Source of the DNA: Eledone cirrhosa
Lineage: Eukaryota
DNA: 64,000 nt
Reading direction: 5' to 3'
NCBI GenBank assembly: GCA_964016885.1
Contig: OZ024742.1
Span: 226,610,001-226,674,000 of the forward strand
Below are positions 13,135-24,539 of this stretch, one piece after another. Below the pieces are notes generated by a model that saw only the letters and a list, made by a program, of their open reading frames with translations, made no database searches and had not been told where the DNA came from. The number at the start of each line of letters is the position of its first letter. Position 1 is the first letter of the stretch. A program made the translations under genes and the position numbers.

Positions 13135-13385
13135 CACAGATGATCTTACACTTAGAGTTGAATCTATGGTGGAACTAGAGAAGAAATTCCAAACATAGAA
13201 GCAGGGCCTAGAAAGAAGGGATCTCGAAGTCAAGGTCCTCGTAAGTAGAAGAGAAAACAGAATCCAGATCCCCTCGGAAAAATGGCCTTGCTCAGTATGT
13301 AGTAAAGGTGTAGGTAGAAATTCCATCCTCTGCCCCAAATGCAAACTACAGGTACACAAGAGATGTAGTGGGATCTCAGGAACCA
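13135..13385 (+). mobile_element. RTE LINE fragment
   Basis: homologous to the ELEKKFQTWK..KWPCSVCSKGVGRNSILCPKC segment, in opposite orientation to the adjacent copy. Confidence 0.8.
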
Positions 13386-13478
13386 ACCAACCGGAAATTT
13401 ATAATAAATTGAAGTGAAAACCAAAAGGTGCTTGTGTTTTTATTGGCAACATGACCCTCCCAATGTACCGAGAACAAT

Positions 13479-13539
<61 letters not shown>

Positions 13540-13581
13540 GTTCTCGGTATGGTGAACTAACTGTTGTGTAACCACTTCTAT

Positions 13582-13626
<45 letters not shown>

Positions 13627-13683
13627 CAAAGCTAACCCTATAACAGAGAAAGAAAGAAACCAAAATATTTGCTATCTCTGTAG

Positions 13684-13904
13684 CAGACCTGCCACCCTCT
13701 AAAAACTTAAACTTTCATGTTTCCATGAAAAAAGGTGCCCAAAACGGGGAGAAATGAGGCAAAATGGGGAGATTTTACATAATTGTTTCTACTTTTTGGC
13801 ACAAGGCCAGCAAATACTCAGTACATTACTGGTACTCTATTTTATTGACCCCGAGAAGACATCTCTCACCCACCCCAAAGTGGGAGGGAGAGTTGACAGG
13901 TCTG
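13684..13904. mobile_element. Non-autonomous DNA transposon (CAGACC..GGTCTG TIRs) with an internal SINE fragment
   Basis: TIRs CAGACCTGCCACCCTCT / AGAGTTGACAGGTCTG, flanked by CTGTAG on both sides; SINE fragment at about 13779-13856; second copy at 17659-17853. Confidence 0.75.
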
Positions 13905-14440
13905 CTGTAGGTGTAAATATTTTCTCATTCACTGACGACGCACACGAAACAGCGATGCATTTTACAACTGTTATGATTTTTATAAACAGAAGTGAATGAA
14001 TAAAATATAGACCGAAATGAAAGCTATGTGCGTCTGTACATATATTCATCTATATATATATGCATCTCTCTTATTTAGAGAACCACAATCAAAGTAAGGT
14101 ACTCAATAAATCAGATAGAGCGTGCACTTTATTTCACTGAGAAATGACTTCTACACGACGAGTTCTGTTTCATTCTGTGGTGAACTCGTCACATATAGAG
14201 AAGCAAATGATTTTCAGAACAATCAATCAAAAGCGGACATACATTGTGTAAAAATAGCATATATATATTATAAATTATGAAAAAGTAGTTATATATATAT
14301 CTATTATAATATGTGTGACAGTGTTAATGATAACACCGGCGGTGTCTATATAAAGTAAGAATCTACTGAAATCAATACCGGAATAGGCTAAATTCTATAC
14401 ATACGTATATGTGTGTGTGTGCATTGTCAAGTATTATTTT

Positions 14441-14627
14441 GGTGAATTGGCAGTATCGGTAGAGGGTTGGACGCCATGCTTTCTAACATAGTTACGTCCC
14501 TTTACAGTCTGAGTTCAAATCCCGCCGAGGTTAACTTTGCCTTTCATCCTTACGGGGTCGATAAAATAAAGTACCAGTAATATACTGAGTGATTGCTGGC
14601 CTTGTGCCTAAAGTAGAAACAATTATT
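14441..14627 (+). mobile_element. Full-length tRNA-derived SINE
   Basis: A-box TGGCAGTATCGGTAG, B-box GAGTTCAAATCC, central TTTGCCTTTCATCCTTACGGGGTCGATAAAATAAAGTACCAG, (ATT)n tail; many near-identical copies in the window. Confidence 0.9.
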
Positions 14628-15951
14628 TTGCTTGTTTCGGTGATTCGATTGTGGCCATGCTGGGGCGTAGCATTTAAGGGTTTGGCTAGCCCCAATACTT
14701 TTTTTTATTGATATTTATGTGTATACGTTTTTGTTCGGTCAGCCTGAAAAAGCTGGCTGAATACAAATATCAGCGCAGGTAAAATACATCAGTCGGCCAT
14801 TTTATTTAGAAGTACACTCGATTCCGCCTGACCGAATTTATACTCTACTTCCGATAACAAGTAGTTTCTTTTGTTCATATCCACCGATGTACGTATATAT
14901 ACATGTGCGTGTGTGTGTGTGCGTATACCTATACGCAGGCTTGAGCACGTTGTTTTCGGTGACATAAACGTAACATGTCGATTAAATGACTACATAATCT
15001 TTTTGTGTTTGTATATATAATGTAAACAAAGTTTCATACATTTAACATGTATGTGCTACCATTGATTTCGGCGTCCAGTCATGGCCACCACTGTATAATG
15101 GAGGAGGCACTTTTAAACTGGCCCTTCGTTCAGTCACGCGGACAAAAATATGAAAAAGGGAAATTGTTATATAGAGAGAGAGGGATGCTGTCCCCAAAAT
15201 GCCCGATCCGAAAATAAGGCGTCACATGTTTATTGTATAGATAAACTATGACTAATGAAATATTCTATTTTAAGATTGGGTGCTACTTTTGGGACACCCT
15301 CTAGGTGTGTGTATATAAATAAAAAATGGGCGCGTATTAGTACTAGTATATACTCATATTACGTTACAAGTGTGTGTGCTTCAAGCAAAAAAGCAATTCA
15401 TTCTATTTTTTGGCGGTTTATTTGAAATTCTCAGTAGTTTTTATTTTCTTGAATGTGTTTTTATTATTGATATTGTGGTATTTGTATCGGCTCTTTATGT
15501 TCTGATTTCAAATTATGAGCTCAATTTTGCCTTTCATACTTCCGGGATCGATAAAATAGCCCAAATACTGGGTCCATTAATTCGATGTTCCCCTCCACAA
15601 AAATGTTAAACTTGTGCTTTAGAAACTATTATGTGGTTTATCTTGTCAACCTGAAGCGGAAACAATTATGATCAAACGCATCTCAGCTGTGACCATCCTA
15701 TCTTTATAGTTTTGTGTAACTATGACAGTAGAGTGTATTTTGAGGGGTTATTTTTTTCTAGCAGATCGCGCTACGGCGTTAAGGCATTCTCGACGGGTTG
15801 GTTTCAACTATATAGATTCGTATTACGAATAAAAAGTTCAACTGGTTCTTCAACATCACCACCTGACCCTTGGATACCTTTAGCAGAGTCCAGTTTGTTG
15901 GAAGTAATCAGACTATGTGTCTGCTTTGAGGATACCTACATCCCTTTAACT

Positions 15952-16194
15952 CGGAGGTTCTCAAACTTTTTGGGCCACCGCCCCACTCACGACCCTATTT
16001 CCAGTGAGACCTGCCTACACGGAAATTGTAAATAAAATCGTTAATTTATATATAATAAAAAATATAATATATACTATGTATTAATAAATATATATTTTTT
16101 ATTTTACTATATATATGTATAATATATATATCATCTCTACCACCCCCTTAGGCCACAGTGCCACTTCACTGTAACACCAATTTGAGAACCTCTG
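15952..16194. mobile_element. hAT (Charlie-like) MITE
   Basis: TIRs CGGAGGTTCTCAAA / TTTGAGAACCTCTG; 8-bp TSD CTTTAACT / CTTTAACC. Confidence 0.8.
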
Positions 16195-16546
16195 CTTTAA
16201 CCCATTATGAAAGCCTCGAAAAGGGTCATGGTACAGCCCTTTCTTCCGTGACGAAACAGTAAAAGAAAAATGGAAAAATATCATTATTATTAGCGCTACA
16301 CATGTTCTAATTCACTTTACACCGTTTTGAGTTCGAATCCCATCAGGACCTGTTTTTGTTTTCGCTCGCAAGTCGATAAAATATTTATCGATAAGATCTG
16401 TAAGCTATAGCGGTCAACTATATCGATTAGAAAATTCCCACTTAAAAGAAAAATGTGTTTAAGCAACAAAAGTCAATATTTCGATAAATATACCGCTCAA
16501 TTAAGCATGTGGTGAGGATGTATATGTATACATACACAGACATATA

Positions 16547-16615
16547 CAGGGTGGCCCCAAAAAATGTATACACTTTGATTAGAATGCTGTGTATACATTT
16601 TTGGAGGACACCCTG
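16547..16615. mobile_element. Very small Tc1/mariner-type MITE
   Basis: TA|CAGGGTGGCCCCAAAAAATGTATACAC ... GTGTATACATTTTTGGAGGACACCCTG. Confidence 0.65.
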
Positions 16616-16616
16616 C

Positions 16617-16678
<62 letters not shown>

Positions 16679-17658
16679 ACATATACATATTAGCGGCGCC
16701 TGTGTTCCCTATATTTTCCCAATATATGTGTTTGTGTGCGCGCCCCAATGCAAGTGACCATAATATTGTCGATCACTATAAATTATAGTGAACACAAGCG
16801 CTGCTGTCCAATTTTTACGTCACTGGGGTTATATTACCCGATTTTCTCAACTAGTATTTATAGTCATCGACTTTTATGGCTATTTACATCATTTACGACT
16901 ATCATGGCGCATTTCAAATATACGTTTACATTACAGTTCGACAAAGATCGATAAAAGTACTGGAGGTCGATATGATCAACTAATTCAGCTTCTATGTGAT
17001 GCTCCAGATGGACCGCAGTTTAATACCTGAAATCAGTTAAAAACGATTGAAAACTAAAAGAATATAAGAATCACCTATATTCCTGTTCTGATTGCTAATT
17101 ACGTCCCTTTACACAATAAAGGTAGAAATTTAGTTTAGTTCCTTGTGAAAAAATAGTCCACGGTGTCAATTAAAAAAAAAAAATTACATTATATTAATAA
17201 GTTGTCTTTGAAAAACGTATTAGTTTATAATTTTTCATAATGTATTCTTAGTTTTTTGTTCAATAAACAAAATATTTTAATGTATAATTATTAAATTTTG
17301 TAAATGATTGATAGGTGACTCAATATTAAAACTAAATCAATTACACCGCGGAAGAGTGATTTTAGCAATTCGAAACACATACAAAAAAATACAGCGGTAC
17401 TGTGTTAGTGACCAGGTAGCGATTAGTGTAATGAAAATGTTAACACTAAGAAATAAATGATAAATGTAAACTAAATTTAACAGTTTCTGTTTGTGTTTTT
17501 ATATGGTTAAAATGACTCTTCCATGGTGTAAATGCTTGTATTAAACACTATTTATTATTCATGTATTTTATCCTATCCTTGACGAGGTAGCTAAATAATT
17601 CTGTAGTGACCTACTATCACCAACCAACAAGCTTCTTTTAAAATTCTTTACGTGGTTT

Positions 17659-17853
17659 CAGACCAGCCAACCTCTAAAAACACAAACGGGGAGAACCATG
17701 ACAAAAAGTGCCCCAAAACGGAGAGAAATGAAACAAACTGGGGAAATTTTACAAAGTGAAAGCTATACTCACTTTCACAAGGGTAGACATCTCTCACCCA
17801 CCTCAAAGTGGGTGGGAGATCTCCCAGTCGGGCAGAGAGAGTAGGCAGGTCTG
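17659..17853. mobile_element. Second copy of the CAGACC-TIR non-autonomous transposon
   Basis: co-linear similarity to 13684-13904 (AAAACGG.GAGAAATGA, GACATCTCTCACCCACC.CAAAGTGGG). Confidence 0.75.
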
Positions 17854-18269
17854 CTTCTAGATAAAACAGCCAAATCACATTCTACTATCTTAAGGAAGTT
17901 CCTAACCACACTGAATGAAATATGTGATGGGACTGCCTAGAATGTGGTTGATCATACGTCTGCTCCATCAGACTTCCTCTAGACCAAACAAGAAATGCTT
18001 ATATATAAACACATTATGTAGGGACAGAATTCATACACAGGCATAAACCTCACATAGGTCACGTATTTAACTATCTATTTCATTCTCCTCCCTCGCCTCT
18101 CATATATGTATACATACATGTTGCTGAGAAACTAAGGAACATACAGACAAATAGATCAACAGACATGGGTATATAATTACAAAACTACTGCTATCACTTG
18201 TAACGCCACTCAAAATATGGTGTTGCTGCTTAGATCAGTTGTGCTATTACAGAATTTTATGTTTTTGAG

Positions 18270-19475
18270 GAATCCTGTGAGAATTGAGGACCTCACCATC
18301 ACTAACGTGCACAAGCCGCCGGGTAGTACTTGGCCCTCTCCTGTTTTGAAAGTTCACTTCAACAGTCACCACTCTTCATGGGGCTATGCTGCAGACAACA
18401 AGGTTGGGGAACAGTTGGAGACATGGACCTGTGCCTGCTATCTTCTTCATTCCATTCTAGTCACTGGAAGAAGGATTACAACCCAGACCTCTGCTACCTC
18501 TCCAAATCAATCAATAGACGTCCTGTTCAGGTTTCTCACAAGATATTCCCTCACTTCCCCCACAGCTATGATACACATCAGTATAAATATTCCTGTTATA
18601 AAATCCAAGCCACTACCATGGGAATCCTTCAGCTCAGTTGTGGAGGAACAAATCATCAATTTGGAACCTATTACAAAGAATTATACTTCATTTTGTAAGA
18701 TTCTGAAGGATGCTGCCAAGAAACACATCCTGCATTACTTCCATCAATATTACACCCTGTGCTGGCTCCTAGAGTCTGAAGAGCTTCTCAAGCTATGAGG
18801 CCTCAGGTGATCCAGTCATTGTTAGAGAACTCTTAGACTCTCTCGACTCAGCTATACGGACATGCTGGCAGGAAATAGTGAAAGAGTTGGAATTCACTCA
18901 CTCTAGTAGGAAAGCATGGAATCTTCTAAGGCAACTTGGTGCAGCACCTCCTGTTAAGCACCACCCACCAAAAGTAACGGCTAATGCAGTTGTATCATGC
19001 CTTCTTCTCATCTCCAAGGTACCTTTAACCAGGGAGGCACACCAAGAGGTCTGTAAGAATCTCTCAGTACAGTAGCCTCCTGATCCACACTGAAGACTAC
19101 TCCACTTGCTAGACCTTACACTATAAATAAGATAGATACTGGTCTTTCATCTACCAAAGCAGGCAAGGCAACAGGAATCAATGGCATCAATCCTGAATTC
19201 CTTAAAAGAACCTTAGTTCAAATGCCTGAGACTGGCTGGCTTCTCTCTTCACAGACATCCACACAACTGGAGTTATCCCAAAGATCTGCATAGAAACCAA
19301 GGTTAACGCCATCTTGAAACTCGGGAAACCTGTAGACCAAGCTACGAGCAAATCTCTCTTACAAGCTATTTGAACGGCTCCTCTTGTTTAGACTTGTCCC
19401 TTTACTAGAACCAACCCTGCTTAAGGAGCAAGCAGGCTTCAGACCACAAAGTAGTTGTACTGATCAAGTCCTAAA
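18270..19475 (+). pseudogene. Non-LTR retrotransposon APE endonuclease plus RT N-terminus (Daphne/L2-like), decayed
   Basis: TITNVHKPP..FNSHHSSWGY; FTHSSRKAWNLLRQLG..VTANAV; KAGKATGINGI; EQAGFRPQSSCTDQV; many frameshifts. Confidence 0.75.
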
Positions 19476-20360
19476 TACACATGATTTCCTTCCATAAAAA
19501 GGTATTTTTATACATCTTCCTCTTCTTATTAGCATCTATCTTTCTGTTTCTTCTATCTCTCATCCTATCTTCTGATAAAGGACTAATGTCCAAAAACCAT
19601 AAGACGCTTTACCTACTATATCAAGTGTTAAACTAATATATATCTTCATTGTACTGTATCATTCCCTTGTTTTTTTGTTTACTTTTTATGTGTGTGTATA
19701 TATATATATATATATATCATCAACATCATTACTGTTTAACATACATTTTTCCATACTAGCATGGGTTAGATTAGTTGTCTTGTTGTGAGACATCAGACCA
19801 TGACTTTCTCATATAGAACTATTTCTAGCTTTGTATCTATGGTTGGATGCCCTTCCTAATGCCAACCATATTTACAGGTTGGACTAGGTGCTTTTTATTG
19901 TGGCACCAACATGACCACTTTACAGGGTGGACTGGGCACTTTTTGTTGTGCCACCAACACAACCACTTTACAGGGTGGACTGAGTGCTTTTTGTCTTGTC
20001 ACCAACACAATCACCTGTCATCTGGTTTACACACATTCCTACACTCTACTGAATGCATTTTATTGTGACACCAGCATTTGGAAAATTGTCATTTCTTTGA
20101 CACAGCTGAAGAGTCCTCCCAAATCTTTGTTTGGTAGGTTTTCTATGGCTGAATGCTTTTTCTGTTAAGAACCACTTTGCAGACTGTGCTGCGTGCATTT
20201 ATCATGTAGATCACCAACACTGGTAAGGCTGAAGTATCCTCTCAACTTTTTTTTTTTTGACATTATTTCCAAAGTGATTGACACTATTTACACAGCAGCT
20301 CACTGTGCTCTGAGTTGAAATCACACCCAGATCAAGATTTCCTTTCATCCTTTCAGGATC

Positions 20361-20692
20361 TTCTTCTTCGCCCACTTAATCCTGAGAGGGTTGTGGGGGC
20401 AGAGTCTTCAAACACTCCTTCCAGCAGGTCCTGTTAGAAGCAGCTGTCTCCAAATGATCCGGCTGAATCCACAAGTGAGACCAGCCAACCTCATGGATAT
20501 CATCCAACCATCTTGCTCAGGGTCTACCCCTGGGTCTCTTTCCCGTTGGTTTTGTCAATAAAATCTGTCCAGCAATTCTTTCCTGAGACATTTTAACCAC
20601 ATGCCCATAGTATCGGAGCTGTGATTTCTCAATTTGGTGAAGTAGCAGCTCTACCTGGAGTGATTCTCTGATCTCCGAGCTACGTTAAAGTA
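20361..20692 (-). mobile_element. RTE LINE 3' end inserted into a SINE
   Basis: QLRYYGHVVKM..KRPRGRP motif with (GAA)n tail; TCAGGATC duplicated at both ends; SINE halves on either side. Confidence 0.75.
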
Positions 20693-21089
20693 TCAGGATC
20701 AATAAAATAAAATGCCAGTCCAGAGATAGTGGATTGTTGAATTGTTAGAGCAGTAGGAGAGATGTGTTGTGGTATTTGTTCTGACACTTTGCTTTCAGCA
20801 TGACACAGTATGTAGCCATTTAAATTACAGGTTAAACTCATTTTTACTAACTAAATAGACTGGAACAATATGAAATTAAGTGTTTTGTTCAAGGACACAA
20901 TATATCACTGGTAATTAAACTTATGATCATGAACCAAACAGTCTAACCACTAACAGTGATGATGATAAACATGTATATCTGCATGTGTATACATGGGTGT
21001 TTGTCTATGTATGAATGCATTATATATGTGAGTGCATATATACATCACCATCATCACTATTTAATGTCTATTTTCTATGCTTGCATGGA

Positions 21090-21950
21090 AAGTAGACAGG
21101 TTGTTATGTGCACTTAATTCAGCCTCCTGCCTTCAATAACTCATGAACATGGCCCAAAGATACTTGAACTTCTCCATCTGCTTCAGTGGAATTCCATTTA
21201 CATGTACGGTACACAGTGCAGGCTTCCTTGAGACGACAGGTGTCTTTACAGCACTGATTTTCATTCCATTCATGCAGCACTTGGCATCAAATCAATCAAG
21301 TGCATGTCAGAGGTCACCTTCTGTCAAGATAAGTAATACCATTTTGTTTGCAAATTCCAGCCAACAGATTTTACAGCTGCCGGTCACAACACCACTTCCA
21401 GCCCGGTTTCACATGTCAATTCAGTCCATGAAGATTATGAACAGGAGAGATGACAGTATGAACCCTTAGCAGAGTCCAAATCCCGCATCAAATGGTTTTG
21501 ATGTAGCACCATTTATCCGAAGACAAATACTAGAGGCCTTGAATAGAGACATCAGGGCAACAAGAAGCTGTCCATTGATCCCATACTCCTGCAGAACTTT
21601 TCAAAGCAGGTCTCGTGGAACATGGTCATATGCCTTTTTGAGGTCTATGAAGCAAACATACACCTCTTGACAGTACTCCCATGATTTCTCAAAGACCTGC
21701 CGCAGTGTGAATATTTGGTCAGCTGTGCTGTGTCCGGGGTGAAAACCACTGTTCATCAGCTAGCTTGGACTCGACAATTGCACTGCATCTCTTTGCCAGA
21801 CATTTAGCATCGACTTTACCAGGGAGGCATAAAAAAAGGATCTCTCTACAACTGGAGTAATCTTTCTTGTCTCCCTTTTTGAAAATAGGGATTATTGTTC
21901 CCAATTGCTATTGCTTAGGTGCCTTTCCACATTTGAGCTCTTTAAATGCT
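21090..21950 (-). mobile_element. RTE LINE RT fragment
   Basis: IIPIFKKGDKKDYSSCR..; FIDLKKAYDHV; decayed. Confidence 0.8.
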
Positions 21951-22167
21951 CTTGTATACATGAATACACACACACACACACATACATACATACATACATA
22001 CATACATACATACATACATACATACATACATACATACTTCCACGCATGCGCATACAAACTGCATACTCACGTCAACACCACACCCCCACAAAGATATACT
22101 AATGTGTAGCTGACATAAATAAAAGAGCGTTTGTGTCCACTTACGCATGGGGACACACACGTGACTC

Positions 22168-22199
<32 letters not shown>

Positions 22200-22645
22200 T
22201 TACATACACACACGCAACTATATATATATATATATATATCAGCGAGCTCACACTATATACATATACTCACACAAAGCAACACACCCTATTATTGTGTGTG
22301 TGTATGTGTGTGTGTGTGTATTATTGAGTTTGTGTGTCTGTGCATTTGTGTATGTGTGTGCGCGCGCAATCTATTTATTGACACTTCATACATAGAGATA
22401 ATCAAGCATACCTACCCCCACCCTATATATATGTAGATGTGTGTGTGTGTTTAATGGCCTCTGCATGTACATATATGAATATATATATATATATATACGT
22501 ATATATATATATGAATGCACACACACACACATATATATATATATAGGATGGGGGTAGGTATCTCTCTCCCTCTCTCTCTCTATATATATATATGAATACA
22601 CACACACATATATATATATATAGATAGGATGGGGGTAGGTCTTTT

Positions 22646-22676
<31 letters not shown>

Positions 22677-22689
22677 GTGTGTGTGTGTG

Positions 22690-22720
<31 letters not shown>

Positions 22721-23256
22721 TTAAGTAACTCCTACAGTCCTAGTTCTGTTTCCTGACGAATTCTTAAAGAAATAAACTACAACCAGAATTGTCACCTTTT
22801 GATACATTAATGTATCCGATTCTCCCCCTCCCCCCTCTATTACACATAACACACACACGGCTCTAAATACACCTATACACACGCACTCCTTTATTAACAA
22901 ACATTTGTCAGACATATATAGAAACCTTGGATGTGTACACTCATACATACACACACCTACACGTATACGTTAACTATACTATAATAAAAACGGGCCGCTG
23001 TATTCATACACATACGTAAGTATGTAAGCGCACGCGCTCATATACACACACAAATGACGTATAACGTCATATGTTCACATGCGTGTATGGACCAATTCCG
23101 CAGTAAAGTTACCTGGTCTATTAAATAATATCTGTCTTAAGATAATGCAAAGTTATTCAATAGCAAGGGTGTGGTGACATTTCACATCTCAAAGCCATCA
23201 AATATATATTTTTTGATCCTTTTAGAATTCCATACACATTTACCCTCCCATTTCCC

Positions 23257-23600
23257 GTCTGTCTGTGTGTCTCTCTCTGTGTTTGTCTGTTTGTCTGTAT
23301 GCCTGCATTAGTCTGTCTGTGTGTCTCTGTGTTTCTGTCTGTCTGTATGTCTGCATTAGTCTGTCTGTGTGTCACTGTGTTTCTGTCTGTCTGTATGTCT
23401 GCATTAGTCTGTCTGTGTGTCTCTGTCTGTCTGTCTGTATGTCTGCAATAGTCTGTCTGTGTGTCTCTCTCTGTGTGTGTCAGTCCGTCTGTCTGTATGT
23501 CTGCATTAGTCTGTCTGTTTGTCTCTCTGTGTGTTTGTATGTCTGTTCATGTATCTGCATGTGTATGTGTTTGTCTGTTGGTCTGATTGTCTGTTGGTCT
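23257..23600. repeat. (TCTG)n-derived degenerate minisatellite
   Basis: repeated GTCTGTATGTCTGCATTAGTCTGTCTGTGTGTC units. Confidence 0.85.
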
Positions 23601-24539
23601 GTCTTTTCTCTCTTTCCTTCTCTCACTCACGACTATCTGCCACTACAAAACACTGGTTTTCGTTGCCGCCATTTTGGTTTCTTCTCGTTCAAAGAGCCAC
23701 AATTCTTGTGTCTATTTGAATGTTATCATTTACAAATAACGATCTACATCACTTTAATATCACACATATACATTTGTATGTCTTTATATTTGATAGATAT
23801 TTATTTATGTATTCAACCCAACCCCAGACTGTCTCTGAAGGTCAAGAGAGTCATAGGTTAGTATGGACCATCAAATCCTGGAATCGTAGGGGTACCGTTG
23901 TGACATCGGCGTATTTTGAGAATTTAAAACCCGACGGAGCCCATCCTTTTCTGTCTGAATACAGCCAATTTCTTCCAGAGAGAGGGTCGGGGTAAGGGAG
24001 AAAATCAACCCCTGTACTGAACTAGTACTTTTTATAATCGGCCTCGAAAGGATGAAAGGCGATGTTGAATCCGGTGGGATTTGAACTCAGAGCGTAGAGA
24101 GCTGGAAAGAATACCTCAAGACATTCTATCGGACGTTCTAACGACTTTTCCATTTCTTCAGTTGGTAGCTACTATGTTTTGAAAGATGATCTTCAGTCCA
24201 TTGCTGTAACTTTGGAAAGTTTTAAACATTTTAATCGTGTCATTGTAAGAATGAAGTTGGCGAATCTAGACCAGTTGTTTCTGCTCTTTCTGTAAAGACC
24301 TAACTTTTGTACGTATGTTTCTGAATAAACATTGGGTTATATAACCAAGTATACTAACGGTTGTTCATTTACTTTAGTATATATTTTTTATATATCTTTC
24401 GTATATTTTCATATAACGTTTGTATATCTTTCATATATCGTATAAAGAAAAGGAAACGAACCGATTGTCAAGGAAATGTTTCCATTCGTCTTTCATAGCG
24501 GATGTTTGTTTCTGGAAGTAAATCAAATTCACACATAAC

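Noticed and set aside
14441-14530. tRNA gene (A and B boxes)
   Set aside because: SINE head: no cloverleaf, and it continues into the SINE core; the same applies to the other copies.
17575-17620. TTGACGA followed by a weak stem
   Set aside because: No GAAA or stem III.
19566-19605. CTGATAA-AGGACTAATGTCC-AAAAAC hammerhead remnant
   Set aside because: Both core segments are mutated; noted only as a probable dead relic.
22745-22790. CTGACGA plus TTCT/AGAA stem
   Set aside because: No correctly placed GAAA or NUH site.
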